A stretch of DNA of 64,000 nucleotides from positions 1-64,000 of IMG/VR virus record IMGVR_UViG_3300048834_001178; one strand, written 5' to 3'. Below, piece after piece: positions 1-9,463 of the stretch. The position numbers were made by a program, and so were the translations under genes. Below the pieces are notes generated by a model. That model did not search any database. It saw only the letters and a list, made by a program, of their open reading frames with translations, and had not been told where the DNA came from. Source of the stretch: a virus. Each line of letters starts with the position of its first letter. Position 1 is the stretch's first letter.

Positions 1-55
1 GCGGGACTGGATAGTCTTTTGGCCTGTGCCGCCCGGCTGGGTGGCGACAACCCGA

Positions 56-127
56 TCCCCGATAGCTCAATGGTAGAGCGACCGGCTGTTAACCGGTAGG
101 TTCTAGGTTCGAGTCCTAGTCGGGGAG
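56..127 (+). tRNA. tRNA-Asn (GTT)
   Basis: Cloverleaf: acceptor TCCCCGA/TCGGGGA, D-arm GCTC..GAGC, anticodon arm CCGG-CTGTTAA-CCGG, T-loop GGTTCGAGTCC; CCA not encoded. Confidence 0.97.
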
Positions 128-135
128 CTTCCTTC

Positions 136-169
136 CGACCCCGCCTCACGGCGGGGTCGTTTGGTTTAC
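136..169 (+). terminator. Intrinsic terminator-like hairpin after tRNA
   Basis: CGACCCCGCC-TCAC-GGCGGGGTCG followed by TTTGGTTT. Confidence 0.7.
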
Positions 170-259
170 AGGCGGCCCGTTTCGCCCTTCGCGGCGGGTT
201 GGCCAGAAAGCCCGCAGAATCCCGGCGTTTTGGCGATTTCGGGGCTTGGCCCGCCGCGC

Positions 260-352
260 TCTCGGTTCGAGACCGATTCAGAGCCAACCGGTCAGGACAC
301 CGGGTGTCTCGTCATGGGTGCGTCGAAATCCTCTCGAACTCTCGGAGTCTCG
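260..352 (+). repeat. Element-end motif, copy 1 (TCTCGGTTCG ... CTCTCGAACTCTCGG)
   Basis: 10-mer at 260 and 15-mer at 331 recur exactly at 61946 and 62018 with near-identical spacing (71 vs 72 bp). Confidence 0.7.
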
Positions 353-411
353 GGTTGACGGGCGGAGGGGTTAACGGGGGCAGCACCGCATGTCAAAGGT
401 GGAAGGCCGAT

Positions 412-990
412 TCACTGGCGACGCCGCACCCCGTGGTGCTGGGCACCGTATCGCGGTAGCCGCGACGCCAGAACAGCCATCGCTTGCTCAACGGAGTCCG
501 CTCCGAACACCTGGTCGTCTGGCTCGTCCGCATACCGGATTCGGTCGTCGATCCGTTGACCGGCAACACGGCCACTCCACCCGTCAACCCTCATGGCGAT
601 GATGAGCCGTTTGTAGATCCAGGCGAGACAGATCTCCGACATCGTGCCCGCTCCCCCGCCGATCGCGATCATGGCGTCCGCGTGGGCCACCACCGAGTTG
701 CGGACGTGATCGAGACCGGAGGGGATGACGATGTCGACATGCGCATTGGCCTCGGCGGGATCATGCCCTGGCAGTACCCCGATGGTGTCGCCTTGAGCAT
801 ATCGGCTCGACGACTTCGCCCCACGGCACGCAGATTCCATGACGCCGCCCAGTCCACCGGTCATCACGCGGTAGCCCGCGTCAACGAGTGCGCGCCCGAT
901 CTCTTCGGCGAGCATGTCCTGCGGTGAACCGGCAGAAACCACGGCGTCGCCAACCACTGCGATCACCTTTCGACGGGATTGGGATCTCAT
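412..990 (-). CDS. LOG/SLOG family (TIGR00725-like) nucleotide-binding protein
   Basis: Motifs IAVVG, TGGLGGVMESACRGA, TIGVLPG, RN, IAIGGGAGTMSEI. Confidence 0.85.
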   Translation of the reverse strand: MRSQSRRKVIAVVGDAVVSAGSPQDMLAEEIGRALVDAGYRVMTGGLGGVMESACRGAKSSSRYAQGDTIGVLPGHDPAEANAHVDIVIPSGLDHVRNSVVAHADAMIAIGGGAGTMSEICLAWIYKRLIIAMRVDGWSGRVAGQRIDDRIRYADEPDDQVFGADSVEQAMAVLASRLPRYGAQHHGVRRRQ

Positions 991-1676
991 TGACGCGGCT
1001 CCTGTTGCAACGGTTTGGTGCCCGAGAGTCGGAGTGTGCCCTCTTCACGTTCCGCTCGGTCGATGGTCTGATCAAATGGTGCTGACGCGATGCCAGTGAA
1101 TCCTGCGCGGGAGAGAAGGCGTGACAGACTCTGGCAGTCATACGCGAACAGATGCTCGCCGAAACGATCCCGGAAGTGGTAGTTCAGGTGCTCGATCGGC
1201 AACTGGACCTCCGGTGGATGCCATCGTTCCCGAGCCATGCGAAAGTAGTGCGCGTGCTCGCCTTCGACATACGCCCGAATGGCTTTCTCTGTATCCGGCA
1301 CCCCGACTCGGACAGTGCCACCCGGGTTCAGCACGCGGTAGCACTCTGCGAGGACGTGCAGCGCCTCGTCCGGATAGGCGACGTGCTCCAAGACATGCTC
1401 AAGGCGGACGCTGACTAACTGCCCGTCGGAAATGGGCCAGCGGGCACGGATGTCGAACATCACGTCGGCCTGTCGATACAGGTCAGCGTTGATCCATCCA
1501 GGAATGAGGTACTTGCCGCACCCCAGATTCAGCCTCTTGCCTTGGAAGGCCACGCGACGCGCTCTCCAACGACCGAGGCAGTGACGAACCGAGTATCGGA
1601 CCTCGCGCAGGAGTCCACGGAGTGACCGATCAAGGGGCGATCGATGAGTGGGGATCGTGCTTGTGGCAGGCTTCAC
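987..1676 (-). CDS. Class I SAM-dependent methyltransferase
   Basis: LNLGCG, WINAD, HVLEH, CYRVLNPGG; GTG start at 1676 overlaps the upstream stop (GTGA). Confidence 0.85.
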   Translation of the reverse strand: MKPATSTIPTHRSPLDRSLRGLLREVRYSVRHCLGRWRARRVAFQGKRLNLGCGKYLIPGWINADLYRQADVMFDIRARWPISDGQLVSVRLEHVLEHVAYPDEALHVLAECYRVLNPGGTVRVGVPDTEKAIRAYVEGEHAHYFRMARERWHPPEVQLPIEHLNYHFRDRFGEHLFAYDCQSLSRLLSRAGFTGIASAPFDQTIDRAEREEGTLRLSGTKPLQQEPRQ

Positions 1677-4600
1677 GCTCGCACCTCCGCGCACGTCCAA
1701 TGGTCGACCTCGTCGCACGGCACAAACACGCCGCCAAGGTACGGCACCGCAGTGACACGGACACCTCTCAGGCAAGCCAGCGCTGCCATGATGAAGAAGT
1801 CGTGCGTCACGGCCACAGCGCGATGAGCGCCCGTCCGACGAGCAGCGGAGGACACATCACGGATGGCTCGCTGAACCAACTGGTCGCAGGGGACGAGGAC
1901 TCCAGGCATGAGCGAGCCGTCCATCCACGCCCCCATGAGTCCCGCCCACCCCAATCGGGCTTTGACGAGTTCATAGAGATCACGATCGGCAACGCGGAAG
2001 TCGACAAGCGAATCGAGAGCTATCAGCGACTGCTCATCGCTGCCTGCTCCGCGAGCAATCGCCCTGGCCGTCTGCATGGCCCGCAACACAGGACTCGACA
2101 TGAACGCGACACCACCACCCAGCCTGGAGCCGAGTGACTCGGCCTCTTTGTGGCCGTTCGCGGTGAGGTGCACCGCGTCCTTCTGCTCGGCGCTCAATCC
2201 GGCGAAAGACGGCCGTTCACCATGCCGCAGGAACAGGATTCCGCCGCCGTGCCCCCAGATCTCGCTCGTGATCCGCTCCGGTGGAAGGGCCACAAGAACA
2301 TCGCTGGAGAGACGGGGGCGACGGGGACTCTTGGCAACCAACGCCGCGATCTGAGACTCTCGTTTTGGCCGATCGGCCCCCTTGCCCATTCCGGACGGTT
2401 CGTAGAGGTACAGCGGCTCGCGGATCCAGACCCGTCGCTCGGCCATCTCGACGATCGGCAGCATGAAGCTCCAATCGACCGCGATGTCAGCGTAACGGTT
2501 GCCGACACGCAGATCGTGATCCGGGATCGCGTCGAACAGGTACTTGCGGAAGGTGCGCAAGTGCTGCCACACGTTGCCACCGCGAGCCTGGCGTGGCGAG
2601 TCAAAAGTGACCGGATACTCCACATGCTTGTCGGTGCGGAGCATCGAGCCGACCGTAACCTGTGCTCCATCGGCGTAGGCGTCGGCGACTCGATCGAGCA
2701 CCTTGGGACCGATGAGCGCATCATCCATGTCCAGAGTGACGATCACGCTGTTGGCATCGGTGCACACATGCCGGATCGCGAGCGTCATGTTCGCGAGCTG
2801 CCCTCGGCGCTCTCTCGGTTGGATCAACGTCACCCGATCACTCCAAGGCCCAACCGCCAGTTGCAGTGCCTCGCGAGACAGGCCATCGGAGCCGTCGTCA
2901 ATGACCACGGCACCCCAATGCGAGCTCTGCTGAGCTCCGATGGACTCAAGACACCGCGCCATGCGGCCGGGCGGCACATTGCGACCGGTGATCACGAAGA
3001 TGAACGGCTCCGAGCGATTGCGAGGCACCCAGTCCAAGGGGCCGCCCGCGAGATCCACTCTGCCGACCTGAGCCGCGGGCACCGGGAACTTCTCCATGAG
3101 ATCGAGCAGCAACATCCAGTCCTCACGGCTCCGTTTGAGCTCGTTTGGGGGATGCACGAATGCGGTCTGAGCCGAACCTCCGCGGAGCGAGGCAATACGA
3201 CCGGTCATCGCGGCTTGATCCATCGCCCTGTGCCAGGATGCCGACGGTTGCCCGTCAGCCAACGGGTTGAGGAAGGGCCGCGCCGCCAGGAGTCTCTCGC
3301 GGTGAAGCAGGCACGCGCGAACCTCCACACGCCAAGGCGCTCCGTCGTTGCACCCGGTGAATCTGGTGCCGGCTGCTTGAGGAACGCTGAGCGATGCGGT
3401 CACGGCCTTCGGATCGCCTTCTATCGCCTGGATCATCTCGGAGAGGTAGTCGTCGGTGTGGGAAGTCCGTTGAACGAGAATGTCTGAGTCCACCTGCAGT
3501 ATGTACTCGCCTACGCACTGCTCGAAGGCCAGAAGTGGAGCGACAAGCGGAGCTCCGTGAACGCTGTGGGTTCCTTGGTAGTCAACATCGAACCACTCCC
3601 GCATCACCACACTGGCGGACGCTCCCGGGCCTGGACTCACGATGACGCGGTCGACGACACCACGGGAACGCAGTCTTTCCGTCGCTTGCATGAGTTCGTC
3701 AAGGTTGGCTGATGAGTGCTGGCGCACGAAGCCGTCGCGAAGAGAGTCGACAACGAGAACGCGCTCGCAGAAGACGCGTGGTCCTTCGAGCTGGCGTACA
3801 AGGTGCGTCACCTGCCTCTCGATCGTGGCGGCCTCCATCGCGCAGGTCTTGATCACGAGGGACACTCGCGGGGCGGATCGCTCAACCTGCACAGGTCGAC
3901 ACACGAGCGTCAGGAAGTCGGAGGCGGGCTCGAAGCGTTCCGTATCGACGGTCTCACTCGCGATGCGGCGTTCCACCCGCAGTCCATGCCTCAAGAGATC
4001 TCGCTCGATCTTCGCCAGCGGACGGTGGAACTCCCTGCGTCCAGCCCCGGTCTCGGCGTTCTCGACGTACCAGAAGGAGTCGTCGTAGCACTTGCCCGCC
4101 GGGAGGTCTCGCCTGCGATGGAGATTGGTGGGCCCCCCGAATGTCGCAATCGGATTGCAGAGCGTGATCACGACCAGGCCATCAGGCTTCACTGCGGCGC
4201 GAAGGTCGGCGAGAACCTGCTCGTACGCCGCGTCGTCACCGAGTTCGCAGAGGACAAGCGACGAGAGGACAGCGTCATACGGGGCCGCGTTCAACGCGGC
4301 GAGTCGATCCGATGTCAGCGTCAGACACGGCGGCGTGACTCCGAGGGACTGCCACCGGCTTGGCATGTCTACACCGGGATCGAAGCCGACGGTTCGGAGC
4401 CCGGCTTCAGCGAGATGGCGAGCACTCCGGGCCTTCTTCCCACATCCGTAGTCCAAGACGCTCTGCGCGCCAGATTCCAGGATGATCGGGTCAACGATTG
4501 CCGACACGATGCGAGTCGCGGAAGGCCGCTCTTCATTTAGCGATTTCCAGAACCGCTCAAATCCATCGAGTTCCGGCATCGATTTGTCCACGAGAGCTCG

Positions 4601-7567
4601 TCGCATGAGTTCATCGAGATCGGCGCGGTGCGGCCAACGCCAAGTCAGCCACGCCCGCTCCGCCATCGCTCGATAGTCCGCATCGCTGAACGGGCGAATG
4701 TCCGACCCGTAGTCGATGAGCTTCAGCCCGCTTGGGGTCACGCGGAGGTTCTTTGGATGCATGTTCCTGAACGTGATCCCGTACGACTTGCACTCTCGGA
4801 GGAGTGCCAGCAGTTCCGCGCCGTGGCCACCCGAGTAAGGAGTTGAGGCCTCAAAGGGATACACCAAGAGCAGCGTCTCGTCTCGTACCTCGACTCGGGT
4901 GAGCGGGTACAGGTGCGTTGGAGTCTCGATGCGTGCAGCAAGGCCCTTCAGAGTTGCGAGCGTGTCGTGATTCGGTCGCCGCTTGAGCAGATCGAAGACC
5001 TTGAACACCCGCTGCTCGTCGGTGAAGACGATCCCCTCTCCGCCAGCACCAAGCAGACGCAGATCCCGAGTGCCATACACCCTTTTCAGCAACGCCCTGG
5101 CCCGTTGCTCGCGGGAAGCGGCAAGCGCCGTATCTGCAGGAGATGGTGTCTGCCTCGTCGCTCGGTACTCGCTGATTAGCCCGTCCATCGACGCGAATGC
5201 GTCTCGAACATTGCTCTCCGAGGCTGCTCTTCGCACCTTCTCGGCGAACTGGGTCACGGCGGTGGGCTTGAAAAGGCTGCAGATCAGATCCATCTCGCCA
5301 GCGATTCGACCGAGCGCATCGCGTGCAGGGCCTTCGGCCCACGGAGACCGGGTGGTCAGCAGGCGTCGTGCTCGGCTGCGAATGCTGTCAGCAAGGCCCA
5401 GCACGCGCCATGCGCTGAGCGTGAACGCGGCGAGGCGCTCCTCCGTGTACTTCCGAACGAGACGAGCACCACGCTTGAGCTCTTCAGATGACCAAGCCAG
5501 CAGAGGCTCGCGTCGGCGAGACTCGGTTCTGATCTGCATCAGATCGCTCGTCGCCCGATAGAGCGCGTATCCGAGAATGTCCGCCAGAAGAGTCGCATCG
5601 TCCAGCCGGCTGGGCGTGGTGAAGGAGCGGTCGTGACGCACCCCGGCAGATGCGTGCATCACGATGTTGAGTCCCATCTGTTCACGCTTGAGCATGGCGG
5701 TGAGCATGTCCGAGCGACGGACGTAGAGATCGCCGAGACGAGCGAGCGTTTGTGGATAAGCCAGCAGATGTTCCGGCGTGAAGAAGATCGTCGATCCCCC
5801 GCGCTGCACTGATGGCATGGCGGACTCGATCTTCAGCGAGTCGGCCTCTGTCGCAAGCGGGCGGAACACGGGCTCCCCTGCCAGCAGTCGCCCCACTCGG
5901 CCTGCGATCAGGGTCAGTGCATCCGCGTGGGTCGCGCTGCCGCTCGATGGCTTGAGTGAGAGCGGAGTCTCAAGGTGATCCGTGTGCCGCGACAGGTCGT
6001 AGTAGATGTCCTGAAGCGAGCGTCGTGTCGCGGCGTCGTCTGCAGCCGCGTCGATCCAAGGACTGTCCGGAGTCTGGCTCTCCCACACAGCCACATGGTG
6101 AGCCAGATCGAGCAGTTGCATGCGCAGCGTTGCCGTAAAGGGGAGGGGAGCCGCGCCTGTGTCGGGCCCAATCACAATGTCCACGCCTTGGTCGCGGAGC
6201 GCAAGGAGCGCACCGATGTCGGGGCTCGCTCTCACCGCTGTGAAGCCAGCGACCTCGACCGACACCGATAGCCGCTTATCGTCGTCGAGGATCCAAGCCG
6301 CCGCACCTGGGTGACGTGTCGCCAACCGACCGACGTACGTGTTGAGCACGGTGCGTGATACCGCGATCGGCATCCGCTGGCGTGACGGATCTGGCGTGTC
6401 AACGAGAGTTCCCTGGGCCCAGTCCTCACGCTGGCGTTCAGTCGAGATGAGCTCGATGGCAAGGCCCTCGGTCTGGAAGCGACAGAGGATGTCATGAAGC
6501 GGGCGCGTGCCATCCTTCGGGAGCGGGCCGTTCTCGACGACGACCACAGTCACGCCGGAGACATCGGGACGGGACTTCAAGCCGAGAATGTCTGACAGCA
6601 GGCCCTCGACGTGAGGCTTTGGATTGGCGTCCGTGACGAACCCGATGACAAGCTCGAGCGATCGTGTCGATGGCACGAGGGGCGGGATGTTCGCCTCTGG
6701 CAGCCCAACGGGCTCTGGCGGCCGCCAACCAAACAGTTCGAAAGCCCTCGCGGCTGCAGCGTCTCTCGCGGCAGCGTCGAAGCGGCGCGCGTACTTCCGC
6801 CAGAAACGAGTGAGCCCGTCGTGCTTTGCCGAGGAAGCCGCGGAGGTGAGGCGGTCTGGACGTGGGTCCGCGTAGTGATGCACGGTGTGTACGGACGTCG
6901 CACCGAATCGCAGGGACGGCAAGTCCGCCAGCCGGATGCACAGATCGCGATCTGTGCAGCTCGGGAGGTGCTCGTCGAAAGCGCCTGCCAAGAGCAGCAT
7001 GTCGAGCCGAACGAACAGGTTCGAGCCCTGCACGTGCTGGCCCCTAATGAACTGTTCGCGGGCGCAGAGCGCGTCGGGAATGGAGTGTGGATGTCCAGGG
7101 CTGTCAAGCGACTCGTGCCGGATGAGGCCCGACGCGACCATGCTCAGATCGCGAGAGATCGCGGCTTCGAGGCATGACTCGATGTGCGTGGGGGTCCAGG
7201 CATCATCATCGTCGAGGATGGCGACAAACCAGAGATCGGCGGAACGAGCGATGCCCGCATCGCGGTGCAGTTGGTCGATTCCGGTGTTCCATGCGCCGGC
7301 GGCTCGTGCCGGGGTGCGCCGGTTGCGCATCACGGTCACGCGAAGCCGATCACCACACTGTGTCTCAAGCTGTTGCCTCAGACGTGCGAGATCCTGATCA
7401 GGCATCTCTTCCTTGGTCCGATCCACCACGATCACGAGCCGGTCAGGCGTTCGCGTCTGGGTGAGAACCGAAGGGATTGCCCGCTCACGAAGCAGGTCGA
7501 ATCTGCCACGGGTGGCAATGAGCGCAACGACAGCGTGGCCGCTTACGGACTGTGGACGTGTGTCCAT
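1673..7567 (-). CDS. 1964-aa multidomain enzyme: GT2, GT-A-like, kinase-like, SAM methyltransferase, GT-A-like, GT2, histidine phosphatase
   Basis: AILDDDD, WILDDD, LLGAGGEG/FKVF/NMHPKN/IDYG, VLDYGCG, QVDSD, VIDDGSD/LDMDD, LRHGE/SSPVLRAMQTA/VTHD. Confidence 0.85.
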   Translation of the reverse strand: MDTRPQSVSGHAVVALIATRGRFDLLRERAIPSVLTQTRTPDRLVIVVDRTKEEMPDQDLARLRQQLETQCGDRLRVTVMRNRRTPARAAGAWNTGIDQLHRDAGIARSADLWFVAILDDDDAWTPTHIESCLEAAISRDLSMVASGLIRHESLDSPGHPHSIPDALCAREQFIRGQHVQGSNLFVRLDMLLLAGAFDEHLPSCTDRDLCIRLADLPSLRFGATSVHTVHHYADPRPDRLTSAASSAKHDGLTRFWRKYARRFDAAARDAAAARAFELFGWRPPEPVGLPEANIPPLVPSTRSLELVIGFVTDANPKPHVEGLLSDILGLKSRPDVSGVTVVVVENGPLPKDGTRPLHDILCRFQTEGLAIELISTERQREDWAQGTLVDTPDPSRQRMPIAVSRTVLNTYVGRLATRHPGAAAWILDDDKRLSVSVEVAGFTAVRASPDIGALLALRDQGVDIVIGPDTGAAPLPFTATLRMQLLDLAHHVAVWESQTPDSPWIDAAADDAATRRSLQDIYYDLSRHTDHLETPLSLKPSSGSATHADALTLIAGRVGRLLAGEPVFRPLATEADSLKIESAMPSVQRGGSTIFFTPEHLLAYPQTLARLGDLYVRRSDMLTAMLKREQMGLNIVMHASAGVRHDRSFTTPSRLDDATLLADILGYALYRATSDLMQIRTESRRREPLLAWSSEELKRGARLVRKYTEERLAAFTLSAWRVLGLADSIRSRARRLLTTRSPWAEGPARDALGRIAGEMDLICSLFKPTAVTQFAEKVRRAASESNVRDAFASMDGLISEYRATRQTPSPADTALAASREQRARALLKRVYGTRDLRLLGAGGEGIVFTDEQRVFKVFDLLKRRPNHDTLATLKGLAARIETPTHLYPLTRVEVRDETLLLVYPFEASTPYSGGHGAELLALLRECKSYGITFRNMHPKNLRVTPSGLKLIDYGSDIRPFSDADYRAMAERAWLTWRWPHRADLDELMRRALVDKSMPELDGFERFWKSLNEERPSATRIVSAIVDPIILESGAQSVLDYGCGKKARSARHLAEAGLRTVGFDPGVDMPSRWQSLGVTPPCLTLTSDRLAALNAAPYDAVLSSLVLCELGDDAAYEQVLADLRAAVKPDGLVVITLCNPIATFGGPTNLHRRRDLPAGKCYDDSFWYVENAETGAGRREFHRPLAKIERDLLRHGLRVERRIASETVDTERFEPASDFLTLVCRPVQVERSAPRVSLVIKTCAMEAATIERQVTHLVRQLEGPRVFCERVLVVDSLRDGFVRQHSSANLDELMQATERLRSRGVVDRVIVSPGPGASASVVMREWFDVDYQGTHSVHGAPLVAPLLAFEQCVGEYILQVDSDILVQRTSHTDDYLSEMIQAIEGDPKAVTASLSVPQAAGTRFTGCNDGAPWRVEVRACLLHRERLLAARPFLNPLADGQPSASWHRAMDQAAMTGRIASLRGGSAQTAFVHPPNELKRSREDWMLLLDLMEKFPVPAAQVGRVDLAGGPLDWVPRNRSEPFIFVITGRNVPPGRMARCLESIGAQQSSHWGAVVIDDGSDGLSREALQLAVGPWSDRVTLIQPRERRGQLANMTLAIRHVCTDANSVIVTLDMDDALIGPKVLDRVADAYADGAQVTVGSMLRTDKHVEYPVTFDSPRQARGGNVWQHLRTFRKYLFDAIPDHDLRVGNRYADIAVDWSFMLPIVEMAERRVWIREPLYLYEPSGMGKGADRPKRESQIAALVAKSPRRPRLSSDVLVALPPERITSEIWGHGGGILFLRHGERPSFAGLSAEQKDAVHLTANGHKEAESLGSRLGGGVAFMSSPVLRAMQTARAIARGAGSDEQSLIALDSLVDFRVADRDLYELVKARLGWAGLMGAWMDGSLMPGVLVPCDQLVQRAIRDVSSAARRTGAHRAVAVTHDFFIMAALACLRGVRVTAVPYLGGVFVPCDEVDHWTCAEVRA

Positions 7568-7833
7568 GACGAGACCTCCGATGAGCGAGGTGGGAATCCG
7601 CTGATGCCGCCATGCAGAAACGCGTGGCTATGCCTTTGGGGCACATCCCTCGATCGTCGGACTAGCCGCGTGCAGCTCGCTTGAGCTTGGCCGCAGGAGA
7701 GATCTCGTCGCTCATCGAGTCGAGATCCGAACCTCGCCTCACGCTGCCATCCGGCGAACAGGGAGTCACAGTCAGCGGGTGATACTAGGAAAGTGGTCAT
7801 GTGAACGTCAGAGGGTGGGGCGACAGGCGAACT

Positions 7834-8196
7834 TCACCATTCGCCACGCCAGTGTTTCAGGGGTCGCTTTGCTCGGTAGGCCGTCAAGACGACCCCGTCA
7901 TTGGAGATGACCACCGCCAGGTTCTCGGCCTCAACGACGCGCTGTCCGAGCAGTGCCTTGGCGGCCTTCAGCGCCCGTCGGCTGAGGTACGCGACTTCGC
8001 ATCCCTTCCCGGCGTAGAACCTCTCGCCAAACTCGATCGCGAGTTGGATCGCCCATTCGCCAATGCTGCGTTGCTCGAGCCGTTCGCTCGCGTGGGCGCT
8101 GACCACAAGCGTGGGTTTGCGTGCCCGACGCCTGCTTTCGCGCGAGGACACAAGCGCGACATCGCCGCACTCATCCGACCAGGTTGTCTTAAACAC
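7834..8196 (-). CDS. DUF4258-like small protein (start uncertain)
   Basis: SAHASERLEQRSI ... VVISNDGVVLTAY pattern. Confidence 0.6.
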   Translation of the reverse strand: MFKTTWSDECGDVALVSSRESRRRARKPTLVVSAHASERLEQRSIGEWAIQLAIEFGERFYAGKGCEVAYLSRRALKAAKALLGQRVVEAENLAVVISNDGVVLTAYRAKRPLKHWRGEW

Positions 8197-8572
8197 GGGT
8201 TGCCCTGCCGCGATGCCGAATCACCCTGTCGGGGCTCAATCAGGAAGCTCGGCTACACGCCGACTTCGTATGGTCATCGCAGCCCAGATTTGCGTGCGGG
8301 CTGCGAGGGGCGGAGACCACATCCCACTATCGAGACCGGACTGATAGCCGGCGGGCAAAAGCCCAAAGGAGGCGGGCGGGGATGAACCCCGGGGCCGGCG
8401 TATCAGGACGTTCATCGGATTCCTGATCTACCGGATTTCTCGCCAGCTTTCCCGACGAGGGACGAACTGAGCATCTCTGTATACGGCCGAGTGGGCGAAA
8501 AGTTTCACGCTACGCCATTCGGACTGCTGAAGCCGCTGTTCTTGAAGGACTTGCGCCTTGTTTGCAGCGGCT

Positions 8573-8610
8573 TCGGGATTCCGTCCTCCGACGGGTTAGT
8601 TGCTCTTTGG
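8573..8610 (+). promoter_or_regulatory. Bipartite motif, copy 1 (upstream of recombinase operon)
   Basis: TCGGGA-N12-ACGGGTTAGTTGCTCTTTGG. Confidence 0.7.
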
Positions 8611-8642
8611 CGGGTCGCTGTTGACCCGCGAAGGAGCCGTTC

Positions 8643-8921
8643 GTGTCCCAGCAGGACCCTCTGAACTCCGCCGCCCAGCGGCGTGAGGTCGTCATCGCCA
8701 CGCTCGCCGCCGCCGTGCACCGCTGGCACCGGGAGCGGATCCGGGCCGGCGTCCGCGCCAGTCGGGCCGCCAGCATCGCGCCGGCGGAGCATCGAAAACC
8801 CGAGAGTTCTCGACTTGACCCTGCGGAAGATGATCGCCCTGATCGTCCGCTCCCGCTCGAATCCGACACGGCCGCGGGCCATGTCGGAGCCGAGCGCGCA
8901 GGAGGACTTTCATGGCGCTGA
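8643..8921 (+). CDS. Small hypothetical protein preceding DUF2924
   Basis: Similar (LAAA.RW) to 63388-63630, which sits in the same gene context. Confidence 0.55.
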   Translation: MSQQDPLNSAAQRREVVIATLAAAVHRWHRERIRAGVRASRAASIAPAEHRKPESSRLDPAEDDRPDRPLPLESDTAAGHVGAERAGGLSWR

Positions 8922-9463
8922 ACATTCACGCGGAACTCAAACGGCTCGGAGCGCTCAAGACGCCGCAGCTCAAGGCCCGCTACGCCGAGCTCTTCGGCGA
9001 GCCTACGCGGTGCAACAACCGTCCGTACCTGATCAAGCGGATCGCGTGGCGGCTCCAGGCCGACGCGGAGGGCGACCTTTCCGAGCGAGCCCGCCAGCGG
9101 GCGGCGGAGTTGGCCGACGACGCAGACCTGCGGCTGCAGGCACCGAGCGGGATCGCGGAGCCCGCGAGGATCAGCGACGCGCCGTCCCCGAAGCACGCCA
9201 TCGCCTCGCTGCGTATCCAGCGGGCCAGCGACGTGCCGTTGGCCGGGTCGACACTGTGGCGCACGTACAAGGGCAAGGCGTACAGCGTGATCGTGCTGCC
9301 CAAGGGCTTTGAGTGCGAGGGCAAGGTCTACCGCTCGCTGTCGGCGGTGGCCAACGCGATCACCGGCAGCCACTGGAACGGCGCGAAGTTCTTCGAGGGC
9401 GCGATGAAGATCGCCTCGAAGGAGCGGGCGTCGGCCGAGGTTGGAGCGGAGGCTGCATCATGA
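8912..9463 (+). CDS. DUF2924 domain protein
   Basis: RIAWRLQA...GDLS, GSTLWRTYKG, YRSLSAVANAITGSHWNG; directly upstream of serine recombinase. Confidence 0.9.
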   Translation: MALNIHAELKRLGALKTPQLKARYAELFGEPTRCNNRPYLIKRIAWRLQADAEGDLSERARQRAAELADDADLRLQAPSGIAEPARISDAPSPKHAIASLRIQRASDVPLAGSTLWRTYKGKAYSVIVLPKGFECEGKVYRSLSAVANAITGSHWNGAKFFEGAMKIASKERASAEVGAEAAS

